Positions 29,275 to 34,836 of a DNA stretch of 59,155 nt are shown in pieces; within the stretch, counting starts at the first letter, position 1; each line of letters begins with the position of its first letter. Source of the DNA: a virus (lineage: Duplodnaviria; Caudoviricetes). The notes below the pieces were generated by a model. That model saw only the letters and a list, made by a program, of their open reading frames with translations. It was not told the origin of the DNA and did no database searches. The stretch is taken from positions 1-59,155 of IMG/VR virus record IMGVR_UViG_3300020468_000007; one strand, written 5' to 3'. Position numbers and translations under genes: made by a program.

Positions 29275-29416
29275 TATTCTTACTCCCTCTTGTGATGGGC
29301 TTGGCTAACGCTTCTTTCTGCCATGCCCGATTATTAATAGTAATATGCAAAATCCTCGCACCCAGTATCGGCTTCCTTAAACCTACTTTGAAAATATATG
29401 GCGGCTTCGCTTTCAT
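29267..29416 (-). CDS. Hypothetical basic protein, 49 aa (not in ORF track)
   Basis: MKAKPPYIFKVGLRKPILGARILHITINNRAWQKEALAKP...*; AGGGG RBS; overlaps next gene. Confidence 0.55.
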   Translation of the reverse strand: MKAKPPYIFKVGLRKPILGARILHITINNRAWQKEALAKPITRGSKNND

Positions 29417-29583
29417 GTCCTTGCCCCTTGATCCTCGAACCTTTGATATATATGATATACTGGTTGAATATATAATCTTATATAAGTCTTAGCATACTAT
29501 ATTCAATACCGCAAACAGTAAAATGCAGTCAGATAATGATTTTTTTGGGTTGAAGAAAAATAAAATAAAAATTCTGAAAATGG

Positions 29584-29660
29584 CGTTACAAACGTTACAA
29601 ACGTTACAAACGTTACCCAGTAAGGGTTGTAGCTGTAACACTTCTGTAACGTTGTAACAC
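29584..29660. repeat. Iteron-like tandem and inverted GTTAC repeats (candidate replication origin)
   Basis: (CGTTACAAA)x3+CGTTAC at 29584-29616, then three inverted TGTAAC at 29634-29660; AT-rich tract upstream; at divergent strand switch. Confidence 0.7.
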
Positions 29661-29700
29661 TTTTAACCCTCATAAAGCTGACTAAGAAAGGTTTTTTACT

Positions 29701-30279
29701 TTGAAAAACACTGAACCCACAGAAAACACTATTAAGAAAGGCGGAAGACCGGCTGGTCTTACCAACCGCCAGAGAGAGTTTGCCAAACTTTATGTCGATG
29801 GCAGATACAGCAATGCTGAATGCGCTAGGAAGGCAGGATATGCTGCCGACAGTGCGAGAAATCATGCTGCTAAACTTCTTGACGGTAAATCTTTTCCAGA
29901 AGTTCCAGAACTTATCAAAGAACTTCGGGAAGCTAGAGAGCGAAAATATGGCGTGACCTTGGTCAACCAACTTAAACGCTTTGATGAGTTGTCCCATGCG
30001 GCGGAAGAAGCTGGTCAATTTTCTGCTGCTATCAATGCCGAAAAAATTCGTTCCAGTTTGGGTGGCTTGACTATTGATAGGCGAGAACAGAACCACGTTC
30101 ATCAACTCGACAACTTGTCTCGTGAAGATATTGTCGCTCGACTGAGCGCGATCAGGAAGAATTACCCACACGCTTTTGGTGACGATATGAAGAGGGTTGA
30201 AGATGCCAAAGACAGAACGATCACTGTGGACGTTATTGAAACAGAACCTACCAAAGAAAACGCACTTCGAGAGGATTGA
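29701..30279 (+). CDS. terS: Terminase small subunit
   Basis: LTNRQREFAKLYV...NAECARKAGYA...AAKLL HTH pattern; TTG start. Confidence 0.8.
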   Translation: MKNTEPTENTIKKGGRPAGLTNRQREFAKLYVDGRYSNAECARKAGYAADSARNHAAKLLDGKSFPEVPELIKELREARERKYGVTLVNQLKRFDELSHAAEEAGQFSAAINAEKIRSSLGGLTIDRREQNHVHQLDNLSREDIVARLSAIRKNYPHAFGDDMKRVEDAKDRTITVDVIETEPTKENALRED

Positions 30280-30622
30280 AAACCGCACTGGTGAAGGAAT
30301 GCCGGACGTATACCTATGCATGAATGGTGTGCCAGTGTGGCTGGAATTAAAAATAGTTAAAAATGGCAGGGTTAGCCTGTCAAAATCACAGATTGCGTGG
30401 CATTCCTCACATTTTAGATGTAAAGGCGTAAGTTTTTTCTTGCTGCACGACCCCTTGACCAGCGACCTATTTTTATTTGGCGCGGACAAAGCGATCGAGT
30501 TGCTAGGTTCGAGGATCGATGACCTGCGGCCTGCGGCCTTGTATATCGGTGATATGCGCGGCCTGATTGAGAGCCTGCGGCCTGCGGCCTGCGCCCTATG
30601 GTCTGATGCCATGAGTCGATGA
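30203..30622 (+). CDS. VRR-NUC / Holliday-junction-resolvase-like nuclease
   Basis: ERIEN..GEGMPDV...WLELK...SQIAWH. Confidence 0.75.
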   Translation: MPKTERSLWTLLKQNLPKKTHFERIENRTGEGMPDVYLCMNGVPVWLELKIVKNGRVSLSKSQIAWHSSHFRCKGVSFFLLHDPLTSDLFLFGADKAIELLGSRIDDLRPAALYIGDMRGLIESLRPAACALWSDAMSR

Positions 30623-30639
30623 CCTGCGGCCTGCGGCCT
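30516..30639 (+). repeat. CCTGCGG heptamer repeat cluster 1
   Basis: CCTGCGGCCTGCGGCCT at 30523, 30574, 30623; exact 24-bp repeat 30516-30539 = 30616-30639. Confidence 0.95.
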
Positions 30640-30653
30640 AGGTCCTATGGATA

Positions 30654-30695
30654 TATAAAAAAAGAAATCCCCTGCCAGCAAAGCTGGCAGGGGAT
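30654..30695 (-). terminator. Intrinsic terminator of the early island
   Basis: 13-bp stem ATCCCCTGCCAGC-TTT-GCTGGCAGGGGAT followed on minus strand by TTCTTTTTTT. Confidence 0.85.
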
Positions 30696-30706
30696 CAGGG
30701 GAAACC

Positions 30707-30868
30707 CTATTTTGTTGTAATGACAAGGTGACCATCGTCTAGCCTATCATCATCAAACACGATCTTAAAATCGCCTTGATAAAACTCGCCATCTATTTCG
30801 ACGGTAATATTATTTTCGCCTTGTCTATGCTCCGATATAGCAATTAATAGTTCTTCGTAGGTTGTCAT
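30707..30868 (-). CDS. Hypothetical acidic protein, 53 aa (not in ORF track)
   Basis: MTTYEELLIAISEH...DRLDDGHLVITTK*; AGGGGG RBS. Confidence 0.65.
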   Translation of the reverse strand: MTTYEELLIAISEHRQGENNITVEIDGEFYQGDFKIVFDDDRLDDGHLVITTK

Positions 30869-30877
30869 GGCTACCCC

Positions 30878-31465
30878 CTAGTGTTTGTGATAGGAAACTG
30901 TTTTAACATTCTTGTCCCAACATGCGCGGCACTCGCCACACTTGCCCTCTTGTTTTGGGGCTGGGCACTCATGCCCGATAGGCGCGGCGTTCTTAATTAC
31001 CGCACTTGAATTTTGCCACTTAGCAGGCGGGGCTTGATCGACCATTGTTTGAGATAACCGCAGCACTGCATTATCTGGCAACGGTTCGATCTTCAAAGCT
31101 TCCGCCCAAATCTTATGTTCTTTTGTTGGTATCCAGTGTTTTTTGTTTGGTGTAGCCTTAACAACGTCAATAATATTCAACGCCATGCGAACGTCGTGAA
31201 CGTCACCACTATCAAACCACCTAAAATATTCTGATCTTGTCTTGTCTAATAGCTTGACCATTTGCGGCACAAAATCGATCGAGAAAAAGAACTCTTCCCG
31301 TTCTTCCATTTTGTTGACCACGTTCGGCATTCTGTACATGCCTTTCCGCGCATAGCAATCATAGCATACTGAGCCTTTAATCTTGGCTAGCTTTGATCCG
31401 GTCCTACACTTGAACGCTGACCGGGATATTGATTTGCCCGGCATTTTTGAAACATTCGATAACAT
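30878..31465 (-). CDS. GP88-family protein (radical-SAM-like Cys-rich phage protein)
   Basis: SKMPG...C..GSKL..GSVCYDCYARKGMY...FRWFDSGD...HWIPTKE...CPAPKQEGKCGECRACW. Confidence 0.8.
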   Translation of the reverse strand: MLSNVSKMPGKSISRSAFKCRTGSKLAKIKGSVCYDCYARKGMYRMPNVVNKMEEREEFFFSIDFVPQMVKLLDKTRSEYFRWFDSGDVHDVRMALNIIDVVKATPNKKHWIPTKEHKIWAEALKIEPLPDNAVLRLSQTMVDQAPPAKWQNSSAVIKNAAPIGHECPAPKQEGKCGECRACWDKNVKTVSYHKH

Positions 31466-31496
31466 AGCAATTCCCCTTACTATTGGTTTATGATTT

Positions 31497-31526
31497 TATT
31501 CTATACTATTCTACAAGGTATGCAAA
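31497..31526 (-). promoter_or_regulatory. Candidate sigma70 promoter for GP88 gene
   Basis: Minus TTTGCA-N17-TAGAAT, AT-rich, upstream of AAGGGG RBS. Confidence 0.55.
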
Positions 31527-31536
31527 CAATAATTTC

Positions 31537-31602
31537 CCTGCGGCCTGCGGCCTTGTTCCTCTTTTTATATATACAACGGCCTGCGGCCTGCGGCCTTGTT
31601 CC
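31537..31602 (+). repeat. CCTGCGG heptamer repeat cluster 2
   Basis: Exact 23-bp repeat CCTGCGGCCTGCGGCCTTGTTCC at 31537-31559 and 31580-31602. Confidence 0.95.
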
Positions 31603-31612
31603 CCTGTATATA

Positions 31613-31654
31613 TAAAAAAAGAAAAGAGGATCGAGCACCGTGGCGCTCGATCCT
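31613..31654 (-). terminator. Intrinsic terminator
   Basis: Minus AGGATCGAGCGC-CACG-GTGCTCGATCCT then CTTTTCTTTTTTT. Confidence 0.8.
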
Positions 31655-31661
31655 GTGTTGT

Positions 31662-31853
31662 TTAAAGATCCCACTTAATCCCATTCCAATTGTCCAAGTC
31701 ACCACCGATAACGATGGGTTCGCCTTCATCCTCGTAACAGGCAGAAAGCCCGGCCTCGCCTTCCGTTATGATCCAGCTAAACACACGACACTGACTTTCC
31801 GGAACCGAGATTAACCAGCCTTTCTTTTGTCTTTTGACAGTCACTTGATCCAT
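31662..31853 (-). CDS. Hypothetical early protein
   Basis: Probable start MDQVTVKR; AGGGG RBS. Confidence 0.6.
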   Translation of the reverse strand: MDQVTVKRQKKGWLISVPESQCRVFSWIITEGEAGLSACYEDEGEPIVIGGDLDNWNGIKWDL

Positions 31854-31855
31854 AA

Positions 31856-32131
31856 TTATTCCCCTGTCCTGACCCAAAAACCGGATGGTCTTAATTCTGA
31901 TATCTTGGTCAGCTTGTCACCATGTAGCCGATATTCTTTTATCGGTCTGACCCCGTGACGGCCTCGCTGCTTTTTACCGATCGTGATAACCTGACCCTCG
32001 CTAGAAGAGTCAGGCCAGATTTGATTATGCTTGGCGAGTGTCTTGCCAATCTCAGTCAGAGAGTTTCCGACCGACCAAACTACTAGGCTGGGACAGCCTA
32101 GTATTGGTGTGTGATAATAAATGTTAGCCAT
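31856..32131 (-). CDS. Hypothetical early protein
   Basis: Probable start MANIYYH overlapping upstream stop. Confidence 0.55.
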   Translation of the reverse strand: MANIYYHTPILGCPSLVVWSVGNSLTEIGKTLAKHNQIWPDSSSEGQVITIGKKQRGRHGVRPIKEYRLHGDKLTKISELRPSGFWVRTGE

Positions 32132-32327
32132 GTTCTTCGATCCTTTCATCCGCCCAATAATTTGAGTCTTCAAAAATGTCCGCTCGGTAGCGTCGGCGAT
32201 TTTCAGCCATTACACGATCCGCACAGTCACAGCACATCAGACCGCCGAGCTCGATCCCTCGAGCATCGCGCTCGAGCCATGTATATTGTTTTCGCCCGTC
32301 GGCATCACGATGATCACAGTATTCCAT
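32124..32327 (-). CDS. Hypothetical early protein (Cys-containing)
   Basis: CDH...WLERDARGI...CCDC...YRADIF..SNYWADE. Confidence 0.7.
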   Translation of the reverse strand: MEYCDHRDADGRKQYTWLERDARGIELGGLMCCDCADRVMAENRRRYRADIFEDSNYWADERIEEHG

Positions 32328-32329
32328 AA

Positions 32330-32518
32330 TTACCCCCTTAAAAATTCATCTAGAAGAATGATAGAGCCAGTCATAACAGCACCAGCCCCAACGAATGCCA
32401 TCCAGCCATTGTCTACTTGCCACCAGCTAGTAATGAACAATGCGGTCAATACTATCAGCGAGGCATAGAACAGGCCGACAAGCCCGACAAACTTTATTCC
32501 TGTAACGATACTATTCAT
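32330..32518 (-). CDS. Small two-TM membrane protein (first gene after the ribozyme)
   Basis: 62 aa with two hydrophobic segments; AAGGGG RBS. Confidence 0.65.
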   Translation of the reverse strand: MNSIVTGIKFVGLVGLFYASLIVLTALFITSWWQVDNGWMAFVGAGAVMTGSIILLDEFLRG

Positions 32519-32540
32519 TTTAATCCCCTTCTATTTGATT

Positions 32541-32593
32541 TACCGTTTCGGCCTCTTGGCCTCATCAGCGACAGCACACACTGCCGGACGGTA
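32541..32593 (-). ncRNA. Type III hammerhead ribozyme
   Basis: Minus RNA UACCGUC/CGGCAG-UGUGUG-CUGUCG-CUGAUGA-GGCC-AAGA-GGCC-GAA-ACGGUA: full CUGAUGA and GAAA core, GUC cleavage triplet, stems I (6 bp), II (4 bp), III (6 bp) all pair; intergenic. Confidence 0.93.
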
Positions 32594-32610
32594 GGGGGCG
32601 GATGCCCCCT
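32593..32610 (-). other. GC hairpin immediately 5' of the ribozyme
   Basis: Minus AGGGGGC-AUCC-GCCCCCU, 5 nt after upstream stop, no U-tract. Confidence 0.75.
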
Positions 32611-32615
32611 TGTTT

Positions 32616-32819
32616 TTAATCCTCCTCTTCGTTCCAGACCGTCACCATTTTATATTGAAGATTTTCCAAGTCAGTTTGGATATCTTCGATATTGCCGGAT
32701 AAATCCTCACACCAGTGTCCACTATCTTGTAAGACATTCTCGATTATTTCCAATGCATGGTCTACCTTGTCATTGGCTAGTGCGACTTCGTGAAGGATGC
32801 TTTGTAATGTTCTTGTCAT
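32616..32819 (-). CDS. Hypothetical acidic early protein
   Basis: 67 aa; AAGGGG RBS. Confidence 0.65.
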   Translation of the reverse strand: MTRTLQSILHEVALANDKVDHALEIIENVLQDSGHWCEDLSGNIEDIQTDLENLQYKMVTVWNEEED

Positions 32820-32831
32820 TGTTTTGTCCCC

Positions 32832-33107
32832 TTATGCGACGTTAGAAATAACAGTCTTTCCAGACTTGATTGTGTACACCGTACCAGCTTCGAGCTTCAT
32901 ACGACGGACGTTGGACTTACCAGCCTCGAGCATTTCAGCAGCAATAGAGTAATCGATGAACGTGATCACGTTCGGCTGGTCATCGGTTAGCCGATCGTCG
33001 GCAATAACCTGACCGTATGCATGACGCAAGCTGCCATCGGCTTTTGTGAATGTAGCAGTGAACAAGCGACCGCCAAGCTGCTCGATGATTTGGTTTCTTA
33101 AAGTCAT
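32832..33107 (-). CDS. Hypothetical early protein (SH3/WYL-like beta barrel)
   Basis: FTATFTKADGSLR motif; first gene of the early island. Confidence 0.65.
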   Translation of the reverse strand: MTLRNQIIEQLGGRLFTATFTKADGSLRHAYGQVIADDRLTDDQPNVITFIDYSIAAEMLEAGKSNVRRMKLEAGTVYTIKSGKTVISNVA

Positions 33108-33140
33108 ATCTAATCCCCTTATATTTGATTTGATATGATT

Positions 33141-33178
33141 ATCTTAACTATATTTTTCATATAATCAAATAAAAAATG
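33141..33178 (-). promoter_or_regulatory. Candidate early promoter
   Basis: Minus TTGATT-N16-TAAGAT with T-rich upstream tract. Confidence 0.5.
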
Positions 33179-33310
33179 CATAAAAACCGAGTAAATCGTC
33201 GGTTTTTTGGGGTTACTGGCATCGATCGGCAGTCAGTTTTCGAGCAGCGCGACCCCCTACCCCCTATTTTTTTGGGATAGTCTATTGACATACGGTCGCA
33301 TTTTGCTGGG

Positions 33311-33339
33311 TTGATAAATTCATTGCTGAGTATTATCAT
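33311..33339 (+). promoter_or_regulatory. Candidate sigma70 promoter of terL (leaderless)
   Basis: TTGATA-N17-TATCAT; ATG begins 7 nt after the -10 box; no SD. Confidence 0.55.
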
Positions 33340-33345
33340 TCGGGC

Positions 33346-34836
33346 ATGGATGACACAGCGAACCTAGAACTGCTGCCAGAGGATGTCCTTAAAGAGATCC
33401 TGTTACTGGAGGAGCAGCAGAAGCGTCTTGAAACCAGAGACATAGCTCAAGATAAATTCATGGCTTACGCCAAACATGTGTATGACGGGTTTATAGAGGG
33501 GACCCATCATAGAATCATAGCCGAGAAGCTAGAGCGGATAGCCCGGGGTGACTTAAAAAGATTGATTGTCAATATGCCTCCCCGGCATTCCAAGTCAGAA
33601 TTTGCATCTTATCTAATGCCTAGCTGGTTCTTGGGCCGCAATCCAAAATTAAAAATCATTCAAGCTACCATGAACACCGAACTTGCTGTAAGATTTGGTC
33701 GAAAGGTCCGAGATTTGATTGCTGATCCTATTTATAAGGAGATCTTTCCAAACACGGACCTGAAACCGGACAGCCAAGCGGCAGGTCGTTGGGAGACCAG
33801 CGCTGGTGGGGAATATTTTGCAGCCGGGGTGGGCGCTGCAATGACTGGTCGTGGTGCTGATTTACTTATTATTGACGATCCGCACTCGGAGCAGGATGCA
33901 TTATCGCCTAGTGCGTATGACAATGCGTGGGAATGGTACACTTCTGGCCCTCGTCAGCGTCTTCAGCCGGGGGGAACCATCATTATTGTGCAGACTAGGT
34001 GGTCCAAGAAGGATATTACGGGCCGTTTACTGCAAGCACAGCAGAAAGATTTGATGGCTGACCAGTGGGATGTGGTGGAATTCCCTGCAATTATGCCTTC
34101 GGGGGAACCATTATGGCCTGAATTCTGGAAAAAAGACGAGCTTTTGAAGGTAAAGGCTTCACTTTCGGTGGGAAAGTGGAATGCTCAGTGGCAACAGAAC
34201 CCCACATCAGAAGAAACCGCTATGGTCAAGCGGGATTGGTGGAAAGTCTGGGAAGAAGATGACATTCCTGACTTAGATTATGTAATTCAGTCCTATGATA
34301 CGGCGTACAGTAAGAAAGAAACTGCCGATTACTCTGCTATTACAACGTGGGGTGTGTTTCAGCCCTACGGAAACGGGGATCAGCACCTGATATTGATGGA
34401 TGCGAAGAAGGGGCGGTGGAATTTCCCAGAGTTAAAGTCTATTGCACAGGAAGAATACGAATACTGGGAGCCGGAGTTGATGTTAATCGAGGCGAAAGCT
34501 TCTGGTACACCTTTGGCGGACGAAATGAGGTTACTGAACCTCCCTGTCGCTACCTTTAGCCCCGGTCGAAAACGTGGTGGGGGAGGTATGGACAAAACAA
34601 CTCGTATGCATATAGTCTCTCCTATATTCGAGTCGGGAAAAGTATGGTATCCTGAAGGCGAAAAGTTTGCAGAAGAAGTTATTGAAGAGATTGCTTCATT
34701 CCCCAATGGCGATCACGATGACTTTTGTGATAGCATGACGATGGCCTTGATGAGATTTCGTCAGGGTGGCTTTGTTAGTTTAGCAGGGGAAGAATTTGAA
34801 GATGATCCACCCCGCGTAGCAAGAGAGTATTACTGA
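33346..34836 (+). CDS. terL: Terminase large subunit
   Basis: MPPRHSKS Walker A, LLIIDDP Walker B, QTRW, YDTA, IEAKASG, HDDFCDS nuclease motif. Confidence 0.96.
   Translation: MDDTANLELLPEDVLKEILLLEEQQKRLETRDIAQDKFMAYAKHVYDGFIEGTHHRIIAEKLERIARGDLKRLIVNMPPRHSKSEFASYLMPSWFLGRNPKLKIIQATMNTELAVRFGRKVRDLIADPIYKEIFPNTDLKPDSQAAGRWETSAGGEYFAAGVGAAMTGRGADLLIIDDPHSEQDALSPSAYDNAWEWYTSGPRQRLQPGGTIIIVQTRWSKKDITGRLLQAQQKDLMADQWDVVEFPAIMPSGEPLWPEFWKKDELLKVKASLSVGKWNAQWQQNPTSEETAMVKRDWWKVWEEDDIPDLDYVIQSYDTAYSKKETADYSAITTWGVFQPYGNGDQHLILMDAKKGRWNFPELKSIAQEEYEYWEPELMLIEAKASGTPLADEMRLLNLPVATFSPGRKRGGGGMDKTTRMHIVSPIFESGKVWYPEGEKFAEEVIEEIASFPNGDHDDFCDSMTMALMRFRQGGFVSLAGEEFEDDPPRVAREYY

Noticed and set aside
29503-30735. 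410-aa minus-strand ORF
   Set aside because: Antisense to well-supported terS and nuclease genes, runs through a terminator and DNA repeats (QAAG, VTF repeats), no recognisable protein features
30516-31602. CRISPR array interpretation of the CCTGCGG repeats
   Set aside because: Units are tandem heptamers with irregular spacing in two small clusters; no regular repeat-spacer period and no cas genes
33286-33291. Perfect TTGACA upstream of terL as -35
   Set aside because: No -10-like hexamer at 16-18 nt spacing; the TTGATA/TATCAT pair downstream fits better
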